Positions 8,525-18,552 of a stretch of DNA of 64,000 nt are shown one piece after another. Source of the DNA: Escherichia phage RB16; sequence record NC_014467.1. One strand, given 5' to 3'. The first letter of the stretch is position 1; each line of letters begins with the position of its first letter. Below the pieces are notes generated by a model that had not been told where the DNA came from, searched no databases, and saw only the letters and a program-made list of their open reading frames with translations. The position numbers and the translations under genes are program-made.

Positions 8525-10777
8525 ATGAGTGATATTAAAACAGTAGTAAAATCTTCTGGCGTAAGTCAGACATTTGAAAAAGAAAAACTGTTCAAAGTCC
8601 TTAATTGGGCGAGTGCTGGAAAGAATATTGATGTTAACGCATTCCTTGAAAATGTTGTTGACCTGCTTCGTGATGGTATGACTACCAAACAGATCCAGGC
8701 TGTAGCAATCAAGTATGCAGCGGATCGAATCTCCGTTAAAGAACCTGACTGGCAGTATGTAGCGGCTAACCTCGAAATGTTCGCCCTTCGTAAAACCGTT
8801 TACGGGCAGTTTGACCCGATCCCGTTCTACGAACACATCACTAAGCTGGTTGAGGCAGGAAAATACGATAAAGAAATCCTGACCAAATGGACTAAATCCG
8901 ATATCGAATATTTCGAAGAGAATATTAATCACGATAAAGATTTTGAATTCTCTTATGCTGGCGTTCAACAGTTGATCGGGAAATATCTGTTGCAGGATCG
9001 CACCAACGGCGATATCTACGAAACACCACAGTATGCATTCATGCTGATTGCGATGTGTTTACACCAGGATGAACCGCGCACCCTGTCGGCGTTTAATCAT
9101 GTGGTTGACTTCTATAACGCAATTTCGGATCGTAAACTGTCATTACCTACGCCTATTATGGCGGGTGTGCGTACTCCTACGCGTCAGTTCTCCAGTTGTG
9201 TTGTAATCGAATCTGGTGATTCTCTGGGTTCTCTGAACGCTGTTACGTCCGCGATCGTGAAATATATCTCTCAACGTGCGGGTATCGGTGTCAACGCCGG
9301 ACACATTCGCGCTATGGGTTCAAAAATCCGTGGTGGTGAAGCAGTCCATACAGGCGTTATCCCGTTCTGGAAACACATTCAGACGGCGGTTAAATCTTGT
9401 TCCCAGGGTGGCGTTCGTGGTGGTGCAGCAACCCTGTATTATCCGATCTGGCATCTTGAAGTTGAAAACCTGCTGGTTCTGAAAAATAACCGTGGCGTTG
9501 AAGAAAACCGTATTCGTCACCTGGACTATGGCGTACAGCTTAACGATTTGATGTATAAGCGTTTAATCAATAACGATTACATCACTCTGTTCAGCCCTGA
9601 CGTTGCGAATGATCGCCTCTATGACGCGTTCTATCAAGCGGATCAGACTGAGTTTGAAGAACTCTATACCAGTCTGGAAAAAGACCCAGCGGTACGCAAG
9701 AAACGTATTAAAGCGGTAGATCTGTTCCAGTTGCTTGTTCAGGAACGCGCACAGACCGGACGCAAATACATTTTCAACAGTCACCATGTAAACCAGCAGG
9801 GTAGTTTCTCTGTTCCGATTCGTATGTCGAACCTGTGCTGTGAAATCGCGATCCCAACTTCACCGCTGGATGATGATGATAAACTGGCTGGCGAAATTGG
9901 ACTGTGTACGCTTATGGCGATCGTTCTCGATAATGCCGATATAAGCGAATTCCCAGCCCTTACACGCATCGCAGTACGCGCACTGGATAACTTGCTGGAT
10001 TACCAGAACTACCCTGTTGCGGCGGCTCTGAAAGCCAAACAGCGTCGTTCTCTGGGTGTGGGTATCACCAACTATGCATCATGGCTGGCAAGCAACTATT
10101 GCGACTACTCCGAAGCATACGCCGGAAACGTTCATGAGTTGATGGAAGCGTTTCAATTTAACCTGCTGGTTGCCTCTATGGAACTCGCACAGGAACGCGG
10201 TGCATGTGGACTGTTCCACGAAACGAAATATGCACAAGGGCTGTTGCCTATTGACTGGTACTGCAAAAACGTTGATGAACTGGCATCACCTGTGTATAAC
10301 TGCGACTGGGAATGGTTACGCGGTGAAATCAAAAAACATGGCTTGCGTAACTCAACACTTTCTGCTTTAATGCCTTGTGAAAGTAGCTCACAGGTGAGTA
10401 ACTCAACCAACGGGATCGAACCTCCACGCGGCCCTGTGAGTGTGAAATCTTCTAAGGAAGGTTCATTCAATCAGGTAGTACCGAACCAGAATAATCAGAT
10501 TGACTTCTATGATTATCTCTGGACAATGGCAAAACGCGGAAATAAAGGTTATCTGGCTCACGTAGCGGTTATGCAGAAGTTTGTTGATCAGGCTATCTCT
10601 GCAAACACCAACTATGATCCGGCTAACTTCCCAGATGGTAAAGTGAAATCTGAAATCATCCTTGAAGATCTGCTGTATGCAAACTATTTCGGCATCAAAA
10701 CGCTGTACTACCACAACACCCGCGACGGTGCAGGTGAGGAAGAAGCGGAAGATTCATGTGAGGGATGCAAAATTTAA
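8525..10777 (+). CDS. nrdA: aerobic ribonucleotide reductase large subunit
   Basis: 750 aa; N-terminal ATP-cone-like region, class Ia catalytic motifs (SNLCCEI, PCESSSQ); T4 synteny td-nrdA-nrdB. Confidence 0.9.
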   Translation: MSDIKTVVKSSGVSQTFEKEKLFKVLNWASAGKNIDVNAFLENVVDLLRDGMTTKQIQAVAIKYAADRISVKEPDWQYVAANLEMFALRKTVYGQFDPIPFYEHITKLVEAGKYDKEILTKWTKSDIEYFEENINHDKDFEFSYAGVQQLIGKYLLQDRTNGDIYETPQYAFMLIAMCLHQDEPRTLSAFNHVVDFYNAISDRKLSLPTPIMAGVRTPTRQFSSCVVIESGDSLGSLNAVTSAIVKYISQRAGIGVNAGHIRAMGSKIRGGEAVHTGVIPFWKHIQTAVKSCSQGGVRGGAATLYYPIWHLEVENLLVLKNNRGVEENRIRHLDYGVQLNDLMYKRLINNDYITLFSPDVANDRLYDAFYQADQTEFEELYTSLEKDPAVRKKRIKAVDLFQLLVQERAQTGRKYIFNSHHVNQQGSFSVPIRMSNLCCEIAIPTSPLDDDDKLAGEIGLCTLMAIVLDNADISEFPALTRIAVRALDNLLDYQNYPVAAALKAKQRRSLGVGITNYASWLASNYCDYSEAYAGNVHELMEAFQFNLLVASMELAQERGACGLFHETKYAQGLLPIDWYCKNVDELASPVYNCDWEWLRGEIKKHGLRNSTLSALMPCESSSQVSNSTNGIEPPRGPVSVKSSKEGSFNQVVPNQNNQIDFYDYLWTMAKRGNKGYLAHVAVMQKFVDQAISANTNYDPANFPDGKVKSEIILEDLLYANYFGIKTLYYHNTRDGAGEEEAEDSCEGCKI

Positions 10778-10781
10778 CGGA

Positions 10782-10803
10782 GAAGCCCCGAAAGGGGCTT
10801 TTT
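10782..10803 (+). terminator. hairpin AGCCCC-GAAA-GGGGCT + T-run
   Basis: Read directly after nrdA stop. Confidence 0.5.
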
Positions 10804-10806
10804 GAT

Positions 10807-11295
10807 ATGATAACACAATCGCGATTGAAAGAATTATTGACGTATGACAAAGAAACTGGTATTTTTCACTGGAAAGTAAAACTGAATAACAACCATGACA
10901 TAACAAAACCTGCTGGCGTTGTGTATGATGGATATGTTAGGATACAGGTAGACGGTAAAAAATATCGAGCGCACCGATTAGCGTGGTTGTATGTATATGG
11001 CTATATGCCAGAACTTATCGACCACAAAAACGGAATAACTACCGATAATTGGATAGATAATTTGCGGATTGCTTCATGCACTCAAAATCAATACAACAGC
11101 AAGATTCGAAAAGATAACACGTCTGGAATCAAAGGCGTTTCTTTTCATAAAAGAACTGGAAAATGGCAAGCAAAATGCCGTGTTGATGGAATAGTTCATT
11201 ATTTGGGATTATTCCACACAACAACCGAAGCCGAATCCGCTGTAATTGCGTTTCGACATAAACACCATCAAGAATATAGTAACGACGGGAAATAA
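10807..11295 (+). CDS. HNH-AP2 homing endonuclease (paralog 3) at the nrdA/nrdB junction (position of mobE in T4)
   Basis: HNH motif (IDHKNGITTDNWIDNL) + AP2-like domain (IKGVSFHKRTGKWQA); start taken after the hairpin. Confidence 0.75.
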   Translation: MITQSRLKELLTYDKETGIFHWKVKLNNNHDITKPAGVVYDGYVRIQVDGKKYRAHRLAWLYVYGYMPELIDHKNGITTDNWIDNLRIASCTQNQYNSKIRKDNTSGIKGVSFHKRTGKWQAKCRVDGIVHYLGLFHTTTEAESAVIAFRHKHHQEYSNDGK

Positions 11296-11296
11296 T

Positions 11297-12472
11297 ATGC
11301 TTACAGTAATGAATACAAACCCAGATCACAAACACTTAGAACAGCCTATGTTCTTTGGCGAAGATACTGGGGTTGCGCGATACGAAGAACAAAAGCATCG
11401 TGTGTTTGAAAATCTTACGGAAAAACAGTTATCCTTCTTTTGGCGTCCAGAAGAAATTGACTTATCGATCGACCGTATGCAGTACGCGAAAATGCCGGAA
11501 CACGAAAAAATCATTTTCGATTCGAACCTGCAATATCAAACCCTGTTGGATACCATTCAGGGGCGCGGCCCTAACCTGGCTTTCCTCCCTATCGCTTCCG
11601 ATGTCTCGATGGAAACGTGGATCGAAACATGGGCGTTCAGTGAAACAATCCATAGCCGCAGTTATACGCACATTCAGCGCAACCTACACATCGACCCGTC
11701 AAAAGAGTTCGATAAAATTCTGCGCAACGAAGCGATCATGAAACGTTCGGCTTCCATGACAAAATACTACGATGACCTGATCGCAGAATGTCACGAACTG
11801 AAAAACATTGTGCTCAAAATCGAAATGTTAACGTCCCACGGATACCCAGACGAATCGATCGCAGAGTACGAAAAGAAACGCAAAGAGCAAATGCGTAAAT
11901 GTAAGATTGCTCTGTACCTGTGTATGCACGCTGTCAACGCTCTGGAAGCGATCCGCTTCTACGTGTCGTTTACCTTCACGTTCAACTTTGCCGAACAAGG
12001 TAAGATGGAAGGTAACGCGAAGATCATGCGTCTGATTGCCCGTGATGAAGCACTTCATCAGAAAGGTACTCAAAGCAAGATCCGACTCTGGCAAATGGGT
12101 AAAGACGACCCAGAAATGGCAGAAATCGCATTCCAGTATGAAGAGGAAGCGACACAGATTTTCCTTGAAGTATACGAACAGGAAAAAGAATGGGCTGAAC
12201 ACCTGTTCTCTATCGGTGACGTAGACGGCGTATCCCTGAAAAGTACGATCGCCTATATCGAACACCTGACGGATCAGCGTATGCGAGCGGTTGGCCTACA
12301 GTCTCCATTTAAACCTTCACCGAACCCGTATCCGTGGATGAATAAATGGTTGAAGTCAGACAACGTACAGGTAGCCCCGCAAGAGGTAGAAGTAAGTTCT
12401 TACCTGGTTGGCAACCTTAACACTGAGATCAGCGACGAAGCCTATGCAAAATGGCGACAAAAATACGCGTAA
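11297..12472 (+). CDS. nrdB: aerobic ribonucleotide reductase small subunit (uninterrupted)
   Basis: ~391 aa from MLTVMNTNPD; diiron-tyrosyl radical protein motifs; continuous ORF. Confidence 0.9.
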   Translation: MLTVMNTNPDHKHLEQPMFFGEDTGVARYEEQKHRVFENLTEKQLSFFWRPEEIDLSIDRMQYAKMPEHEKIIFDSNLQYQTLLDTIQGRGPNLAFLPIASDVSMETWIETWAFSETIHSRSYTHIQRNLHIDPSKEFDKILRNEAIMKRSASMTKYYDDLIAECHELKNIVLKIEMLTSHGYPDESIAEYEKKRKEQMRKCKIALYLCMHAVNALEAIRFYVSFTFTFNFAEQGKMEGNAKIMRLIARDEALHQKGTQSKIRLWQMGKDDPEMAEIAFQYEEEATQIFLEVYEQEKEWAEHLFSIGDVDGVSLKSTIAYIEHLTDQRMRAVGLQSPFKPSPNPYPWMNKWLKSDNVQVAPQEVEVSSYLVGNLNTEISDEAYAKWRQKYA

Positions 12473-12481
12473 GGACATAAC

Positions 12482-13039
12482 ATGATTGATGCGATTCCCG
12501 TTTATACGGGAGTCCATCACAATCTATACGCATACCTGGCGGGTTGTGTTGATTGTGATGGATGGATTAGTGAAAAAGGAAAGAATGGTTATCTGGTTGG
12601 GCTTACACAGCATATTCAACTATGGGATGATATGGTTAGCATTCAATCTGATTTGATTAACGATGGTGTTGATGCAAAATTATATGAAAGAACCAGTAGA
12701 ACAGGATTAGGTAATACGTTGATGTGCAACCTAATTATTCAAAAATCATCGGATCTCTTGATTCTGTTACCGAGAATCATTCCATACCTTCGATTTAAAA
12801 AGCAAAAAGCAGTTGACGCATATTTTAATTTGTGTAAACATTCAGATCTTAATGCAAGTTCATCCGATAATGATATGAAAGGAAGTAAACGAAAGTATTG
12901 GAAGCCGGAAGAAATATCCGAACTAATTCGTTTACATTCGGAGGGTTACAACAACCCAGCGATAGGGATTAAAATGAATCGTTCTACCGATTCAATAAGT
13001 CATAAGTTGCATCGGTTGGGTATCATGAGAAACGAATGA
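12482..13039 (+). CDS. putative LAGLIDADG-type homing endonuclease with C-terminal HTH-like region
   Basis: Single LAGLIDADG-like motif YLAGCVDCDGWIS near N-terminus; inserted between nrdB and denA. Confidence 0.45.
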   Translation: MIDAIPVYTGVHHNLYAYLAGCVDCDGWISEKGKNGYLVGLTQHIQLWDDMVSIQSDLINDGVDAKLYERTSRTGLGNTLMCNLIIQKSSDLLILLPRIIPYLRFKKQKAVDAYFNLCKHSDLNASSSDNDMKGSKRKYWKPEEISELIRLHSEGYNNPAIGIKMNRSTDSISHKLHRLGIMRNE

Positions 13040-13446
13040 TGGAATCGAAAGTTTATAGAATGTCTCTTGACAAATGCGGTCGAATAGACCGCAGTTTTAT
13101 CAAGTGTGGTGAGTTAAGAAATTGCGTTTACTGTATTGAAATCGACGGCGTGATCGTGTATGTTGGTAAAGCAAAAGACATGTGGAAGCGATTAGATACG
13201 TACAGGAATTCAAAATACTGGAGGGAAGCAAACCCCAGCAACATTTTGAAAACCGCACGTCTGGAAATGGCAATCAAAAAACGTAAGCGTGTGAATCTCA
13301 TTGTGACAACACACGACGAAAACACATATCATAATTTTGAAATAAACATGATCCGAAAAATTAATCCTGAATGGAATAAACAGCACTATGACAAAGCTAA
13401 CCAAAAACCAGAAAACACTCTTCAACCAATTAATGAAGTTGTGTAA
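13036..13446 (+). CDS. denA: endonuclease II (GIY-YIG family)
   Basis: 136 aa = T4 DenA length; GIY-YIG-like VYCIEIDGVIVYVGKA...R; T4 synteny nrdB-denA-rnlA. Confidence 0.75.
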   Translation: MMESKVYRMSLDKCGRIDRSFIKCGELRNCVYCIEIDGVIVYVGKAKDMWKRLDTYRNSKYWREANPSNILKTARLEMAIKKRKRVNLIVTTHDENTYHNFEINMIRKINPEWNKQHYDKANQKPENTLQPINEVV

Positions 13447-14545
13447 CGAAACCGAATGCTTTTACTTTATTGACCAAAAAACCGTAATGCAAACCCACGT
13501 TCGCATTTTCAACTATCGTATGGCAAGTTACAGCGATTGGTTGAAACCTGGTGCGCTGGAGTGTCGCGGTATTATGTTTGCGATGGATGGAGACACCCCC
13601 GTAAAACTCGTCAGCCGTCCTATGGAGAAGTTTTTCAACTATGCTGAGGTAAAGGCATGGGAAGCACTTAAAGAGGCTCCTGTGACGATTGGCGACACCG
13701 TAGTTGATGTGATGATCAAAGAAGATGGTTCCTTAATCTCAACCTTCTGCGATTCCGGCTATCTGGGCGTTAAATCTAAAGCGTCAGTTCAGTCTGAACA
13801 GGCTATGGATGCTATGAGCGTGATCCAATCTAACCGCGCATTGTTCGATCGCCTGACCGAACTGGTGGTTGATGGGTTCACCGTTAACATGGAATACGTC
13901 GCACCGACTAACCGCATTGTAATTGGTTATCAAGACCCCGCTGTTGTGATCCTGAACATCCGTAATAACGACACGGGCGAATACGTCGATTATCAGGACA
14001 TCTTCGCAGATAGTGTATTACGTCCGTTCCTTGTTGAGCGTGAGAAAATCGAAGTCACCGATCTGGATGCATTCATTACCGAAGCCTACACGAAAGAAGG
14101 TTTTGAGGGTTACGTAATCAAAACTGATAAAGGGTTCGTGAAAGCGAAAACTAACTGGTACGTAAACCTACACCGCACGAAAGATAGCATCAACAATAAT
14201 AAGGATCTGTTCTTAAATATTGTTGAAAATACCGTCGATGACCTGAAACAAATGTTCCTCGATGATATGTACGCACTCAAGAAAATTGACGCATTCGAAA
14301 CGTTATTCCTTGATAGTCTGAATCGTCTGACTGCAAAAGCATTCCAGTCAATCGAAGACACGAAAGGCAAATCACGCAAAGATTACGCGATCGCCCTGAG
14401 TTCTGACTTAACCCCTGACGGTCGTATCATCTTCGGGCCTATGATGCGTTATTTTGATGATACCGATAAGCAAAAGCTGGTCGATAACATCGTTGCATTA
14501 ATGGCGAAGAACTACGAACAGTTTATACCGGAAGAATATAAATGA
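13388..14545 (+). CDS. rnlA: RNA ligase 1
   Basis: N-terminal region aligns by eye with T4 gp63 (LFNQLMKLC...ASYSDWLKPGALECRGIMFAMDG). Confidence 0.85.
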   Translation: MTKLTKNQKTLFNQLMKLCNETECFYFIDQKTVMQTHVRIFNYRMASYSDWLKPGALECRGIMFAMDGDTPVKLVSRPMEKFFNYAEVKAWEALKEAPVTIGDTVVDVMIKEDGSLISTFCDSGYLGVKSKASVQSEQAMDAMSVIQSNRALFDRLTELVVDGFTVNMEYVAPTNRIVIGYQDPAVVILNIRNNDTGEYVDYQDIFADSVLRPFLVEREKIEVTDLDAFITEAYTKEGFEGYVIKTDKGFVKAKTNWYVNLHRTKDSINNNKDLFLNIVENTVDDLKQMFLDDMYALKKIDAFETLFLDSLNRLTAKAFQSIEDTKGKSRKDYAIALSSDLTPDGRIIFGPMMRYFDDTDKQKLVDNIVALMAKNYEQFIPEEYK

Positions 14546-14868
14546 CATTACCCGCCTTTCCAAAGTTAACTTCTTTGGTGTGGCCTGTACTTGTTGCCCT
14601 GTCTCTGGCAGGGCTTTTGTACATGACAATCACGCTGAAAAGTGAAAACGATCAATTGGCTAAAGATATCAAAGAGTTACGCGATGATGTCAAAAAAGTC
14701 AAAGAGACAAACAACACCAATACGGTGATCTACGTCGAACAAAAAGCGAAGGATCAGCAGTTGGTCAAGGATGCCGGACGTAAAGACCTGCTGTTCAAGA
14801 AACCAGGACTGATCGAAATCAAGATCAATAAATCCTTCGAAGAGTATATGAGAGATTTCGAAAAATGA
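14542..14868 (+). CDS. small membrane-anchored protein (108 aa)
   Basis: N-terminal hydrophobic helix then charged coiled-coil-like region. Confidence 0.5.
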   Translation: MTLPAFPKLTSLVWPVLVALSLAGLLYMTITLKSENDQLAKDIKELRDDVKKVKETNNTNTVIYVEQKAKDQQLVKDAGRKDLLFKKPGLIEIKINKSFEEYMRDFEK

Positions 14869-15191
14869 AAATAACGACATTAGCCCTTGTTCTGGGCGTT
14901 CTGTTGGTCGGGTGTGCTGAGAAGCCCCCTGAAAAGATTTTGCCGACTTTACCCGCTAAGGTAAACCCTGTTGATGTGAAATGGAAAGTAATAGCGGAAG
15001 TAAGGGAAATCGACGGGAAGAAATATCTCGTTATGCCGTTTGACGGCAACCCATACGTTGCGCTATCATATCCAGACTCATTGATTTTTCGTAGCTGGAT
15101 GAATGACGTTAAGCGACAGAAAGATCAAACCGATAATATCCTATGTGCCGTGGGATATTCTGAAAAATGTAAATTGAGAGATTCTAAATGA
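14865..15191 (+). CDS. putative lipoprotein (108 aa)
   Basis: Signal peptide with lipobox-like LLVGC. Confidence 0.5.
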   Translation: MKITTLALVLGVLLVGCAEKPPEKILPTLPAKVNPVDVKWKVIAEVREIDGKKYLVMPFDGNPYVALSYPDSLIFRSWMNDVKRQKDQTDNILCAVGYSEKCKLRDSK

Positions 15192-16075
15192 ACTTGTTTA
15201 TTACTGTAGGCGTACCAGGTAGCGGGAAAACTACATGGGCGAAAGAAAAAGCGCGTCAACTGGGGAACACTCTGACTGTTTCCCGTGACGATATCCGTCG
15301 AACCCTTTATTGTGCTGGCGGTGATCTAACTGGCTACCGCTTCACCGAAGAGAAAGAAAAACTGGTAACTCAGATGCAAACCAATATTGTTCTTAGTGCT
15401 CTGGGGCATGGAAAGAACGTTATTGTACACAATACGCATCTTAAACCAGGCGACCATATCTTCTGGAAAGAACTCGCGAAAGGAACAGGCGCGGAGTTGC
15501 ATTTCGAATACTTTGATGTTGATATCGTCGAACTGCTGAAGCGCAACCATAAACGCGGTGTAAATGCTTTGCCTGTCTCCCGTGTATGGGAAATGTTTAC
15601 ACAGTATCGTAAATTGCGTGGTTGGGTTCCGGCTATACAGTACGCAGATCCAAACAAACCAAAATGCGTTATCTTCGACGTTGACGGAACGTTAACCAAA
15701 GTTGGACAGCGTAGCCCGTATGACTTCACGAAGGTAATCGACGATCCTGCTAACCCTCCGGTTCAGGAACTGTTCAGGATGTATAAAGCCGCTGGTTATG
15801 CCTGTGTTGTTGTATCGGGGCGTGAGGGTACTGTACAGTGCGCACATGATACCGCTGCAAGCCTGATCGGGTATGATGTTGACCTGAGTGATGGTATTTT
15901 CATGCGTGAAGAAGGTGATCACCGTCACGATTTTCACGTAAAAGAGCAAATACTTGTTGAAAAGATTCTCGATAAGTATTATCCTGTTCTTGCAGTGGAC
16001 GACCGAGACACCCCTACCGGAATGTGGCGAATGAACGGTATCCCATGTTTCCAGGTTGATTACGGCGACTTCTAA
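15188..16075 (+). CDS. pseT: polynucleotide 5'-kinase/3'-phosphatase
   Basis: P-loop GVPGSGKTTWA at N-terminus, HAD-type phosphatase motif DVDGT in C-half; T4 synteny. Confidence 0.85.
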   Translation: MNLFITVGVPGSGKTTWAKEKARQLGNTLTVSRDDIRRTLYCAGGDLTGYRFTEEKEKLVTQMQTNIVLSALGHGKNVIVHNTHLKPGDHIFWKELAKGTGAELHFEYFDVDIVELLKRNHKRGVNALPVSRVWEMFTQYRKLRGWVPAIQYADPNKPKCVIFDVDGTLTKVGQRSPYDFTKVIDDPANPPVQELFRMYKAAGYACVVVSGREGTVQCAHDTAASLIGYDVDLSDGIFMREEGDHRHDFHVKEQILVEKILDKYYPVLAVDDRDTPTGMWRMNGIPCFQVDYGDF

Positions 16076-16134
16076 AAACAGTTGACAGTGATTGCTGGTA
16101 TGATAAGATACCCGCACACAAAAGGAGATATATT

Positions 16135-16401
16135 ATGATCGAACGTGAAAATGTAAATGTAATGGTTGAACTGGGTGATCGTGTTAATGTTGATAATCCG
16201 GTTGATTTACAACTGAAACTGAACCAGTTAGGCCAGCGTCTTGTTGATCGGCTTCCTGCTGGTTACAACGTGAAACTTGTCCGTGACGGTCAGTTCTCCT
16301 TCCTGCTGGGGATTATTAGTCAACGTGGTATCGTTGAACAACAGTTCGGAATCCAATGGAATCCGGTTTCTAAATTCGTAACGTGGGCTGGTGTATTATG
16401 A
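16135..16401 (+). CDS. hypothetical protein (88 aa)
   Basis: ORF track. Confidence 0.45.
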   Translation: MIERENVNVMVELGDRVNVDNPVDLQLKLNQLGQRLVDRLPAGYNVKLVRDGQFSFLLGIISQRGIVEQQFGIQWNPVSKFVTWAGVL

Positions 16402-16649
16402 ACGAAGCTAAAAAGATCCATCAAGCATGGTTGTTGATGGATACCCGAATGGTTCGATATGGTTGTGTTTTTGGTTTGGTTGACAACGATCCGAAATTGG
16501 ATATTGTAACAAGTCCGGTTGTTGAATACGAAATTCCTAGTGATAATTCGTATGTGATCGTGAAAACTCGTTCTGGTAGTACATATCATATTGTCGAACC
16601 AGACAACAATTTTCTGAAAGACCTTCTGAAATACATGGGCGACCGATGA
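16383..16649 (+). CDS. hypothetical protein (88 aa)
   Basis: ORF track. Confidence 0.45.
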   Translation: MGWCIMNEAKKIHQAWLLMDTRMVRYGCVFGLVDNDPKLDIVTSPVVEYEIPSDNSYVIVKTRSGSTYHIVEPDNNFLKDLLKYMGDR

Positions 16650-17170
16650 AATTACTTCATATGATCCGCGCCATACAACACAGCCAGGGTTCTCGATGTA
16701 TATCGACCCGTGTTGGTGCGGTTATTGTAATGAATGGGCGCGTGGTGTCCCAGGGTTCGAATAATACGGTTGATTCTGATTGTCGTTGTGCTGATCATAA
16801 CGAGCACATGCTGAATGATGAAGGTAAGCTGAAAGCTGTTCACCGTCCAGAACATTCAGCATGGTCGAACGACAACGAGATCCACGCCGAAATGAAAGCG
16901 TTGCTAAGTGCTCATACTAATGGTATCATGCTTAACAACGCAGAGTTGTACACAACCGCTTCACCGTGTCCGAATTGTGCAAAACACATCGAATGGTATG
17001 TTGCGATTGGTGCAATAACTGCTGTATACTACCTCGATAAATACGATCGTGGTAATGACGAATGGATTTCACGTTTGCAAAAATATGGTTGCAGAGTGGA
17101 ACAAATTAAACGGGAAGAGTTGGAACCTCATATCAACTTTTCTAATTTAGTGTTTAACAACAATGAGTAA
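16646..17170 (+). CDS. cd: dCMP deaminase
   Basis: Zinc-binding deaminase motifs HAEMKAL ... SPCPNCAKHI. Confidence 0.85.
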   Translation: MKLLHMIRAIQHSQGSRCISTRVGAVIVMNGRVVSQGSNNTVDSDCRCADHNEHMLNDEGKLKAVHRPEHSAWSNDNEIHAEMKALLSAHTNGIMLNNAELYTTASPCPNCAKHIEWYVAIGAITAVYYLDKYDRGNDEWISRLQKYGCRVEQIKREELEPHINFSNLVFNNNE

Positions 17171-17174
17171 CAAA

Positions 17175-17519
17175 ATGTCTGAATTGAAAGTAAAAGCATC
17201 TTTTGAATACGTGATTATCGAAGCAACTGCTCGACCGCAGGGTTCCGAAATCGTATCATCAACTGGCATTGTAGTAGGTGTGCGTCAACACGGGGAACAA
17301 CCGTATTTTGGTAAAGTTGTTTCTGTAGGGCCGGAAGTACCGGAAGAAAACGCAAAAGCCCTGCTGGGTAAAATGGTTCCGCTTCCACATGCTCAAATGG
17401 CGAATGTTCCAGATCCAGACCTGGTTGCTGGCTACATTTCCGAAAAAGAAGCAAAAGAGAAAGAAACGAAATACGTTTCCGCACATTACAAAGCAATCCA
17501 GGCAATCTACGAGATCTAA
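17175..17519 (+). CDS. 31: GroES-like co-chaperonin gp31
   Basis: ~114 aa; resembles T4 gp31 (EYVII...VGPEVPE...VSAHYKAIQAIYEI); downstream of cd as in T4. Confidence 0.7.
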   Translation: MSELKVKASFEYVIIEATARPQGSEIVSSTGIVVGVRQHGEQPYFGKVVSVGPEVPEENAKALLGKMVPLPHAQMANVPDPDLVAGYISEKEAKEKETKYVSAHYKAIQAIYEI

Positions 17520-17521
17520 AA

Positions 17522-17773
17522 ATGGCTAAATCAATTCAAGCAATTATCGCTGATACCGTCAGCAAATCCAAAAAGCTGTTCGACAAAGGCGAAATTCTGG
17601 AAGCCCCAGCGCGTATTGACGTAATGACAGCAATGATCATTGATGCGCATCAGGGTAAACTTAAATCCCGTACCGATGAAGTCATGGCGTACATCGTCCA
17701 GTTCGAAGACGTATGTAAGTACGCGAAAGATGTTGATCCGCTGGTTCGCGAAATCTATCGCAAACAGTTCTAA
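17522..17773 (+). CDS. rIII-like lysis-inhibition accessory protein (by size and position only)
   Basis: 83 aa ORF immediately after gp31, the T4 position of rIII; sequence not independently recognised. Confidence 0.35.
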   Translation: MAKSIQAIIADTVSKSKKLFDKGEILEAPARIDVMTAMIIDAHQGKLKSRTDEVMAYIVQFEDVCKYAKDVDPLVREIYRKQF

Positions 17774-17780
17774 AAATTCC

Positions 17781-17857
17781 GGCCCTTTAGCTTAATTGGT
17801 TAGAGCGGGTGACTCATAATCGCGCGGTTGCTGGTTCGAATCCAGCAGGGGCCACCA
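17781..17857 (+). tRNA. tRNA with CAU anticodon (Met or lysidine-Ile)
   Basis: Cloverleaf folded by hand: acceptor GGCCCTT/AGGGGCC, D-arm, anticodon loop CTCATAA, T-arm GCTGG-TTCGAAT-CCAGC, encoded CCA. Confidence 0.75.
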
Positions 17858-17862
17858 AATAC

Positions 17863-17938
17863 GCAGGTGTAGTTCAATTGGTAGAATATCTGGTTTCCAT
17901 CCAGATTGTTGAGGGTTCGAGTCCCTTCACCTGCTCCA
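17863..17938 (+). tRNA. tRNA-Gly (UCC anticodon)
   Basis: Acceptor GCAGGTG/CACCTGC, anticodon stem TCTGG/CCAGA with loop TTTCCAT, T-loop TTCGAGT, encoded CCA. Confidence 0.8.
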
Positions 17939-18087
17939 ATTCGGGTGCGTAGCGCAATGCCGTTAAATGGTTCGGAATATGCAACCTTATCGTATGCGAT
18001 AGGCTCTGTTGGTATCCGGTAATAGGTTCCCCGGAATGCGGGGTGAAGTAAAGAAACTTCCAGCCCACAAATTTAAAAGAGAAAAAT

Positions 18088-18510
18088 ATGAAAGGTCTTC
18101 AAAAGCTGTTTGATTTAACCCCACAAATTCGCGAAATCACTACCTCTGGTAAAAGCGACAATGAAATCAATAATGCATTGATGAAGTTTTTCACCGAAGA
18201 AATTGATGATTTCGAAACTCTGTTCCGTCACGCGTTAGAAGCGTATTCCGTGAACGGGTTCTTTGCATCACCACAGGTGAACAGCAAGAAACAATGCCAT
18301 CGTCGATTCTTCGACTGGTCGATCGTAAACGTGGTTCGCCGTACTGACATCGAACCAACAAATCACCAGTTGATGTCTGTTGATTCTGCTGTGTTTATCA
18401 TCCAGTATCTTATCAGCGGCGGTTTCAAATCGAACGATATTCCGTTCACAAATGAAGCTCTTATGGAAGAGTTTGCAGAAGCCCATAAGTACATCAAAGC
18501 AATTCGTTAA
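18088..18510 (+). CDS. hypothetical protein (140 aa)
   Basis: ORF track; terminator-like hairpin downstream. Confidence 0.5.
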   Translation: MKGLQKLFDLTPQIREITTSGKSDNEINNALMKFFTEEIDDFETLFRHALEAYSVNGFFASPQVNSKKQCHRRFFDWSIVNVVRRTDIEPTNHQLMSVDSAVFIIQYLISGGFKSNDIPFTNEALMEEFAEAHKYIKAIR

Positions 18511-18552
18511 TCATCAGGCTATCTTCGGATAGCCTTTTTTCTGGAGAAGCAC

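Noticed and set aside
7630-12472. Group I introns in td and nrdB as in T4
   Set aside because: Both genes are single continuous ORFs of the expected length (284 aa and ~391 aa); the homing endonucleases here are free-standing, not intron-encoded.
17939-18062. Third tRNA after tRNA-Gly
   Set aside because: Could not fold a cloverleaf with a 7-bp acceptor stem; only an isolated T-loop-like segment. Kept as a low-interest finding, not a tRNA feature.
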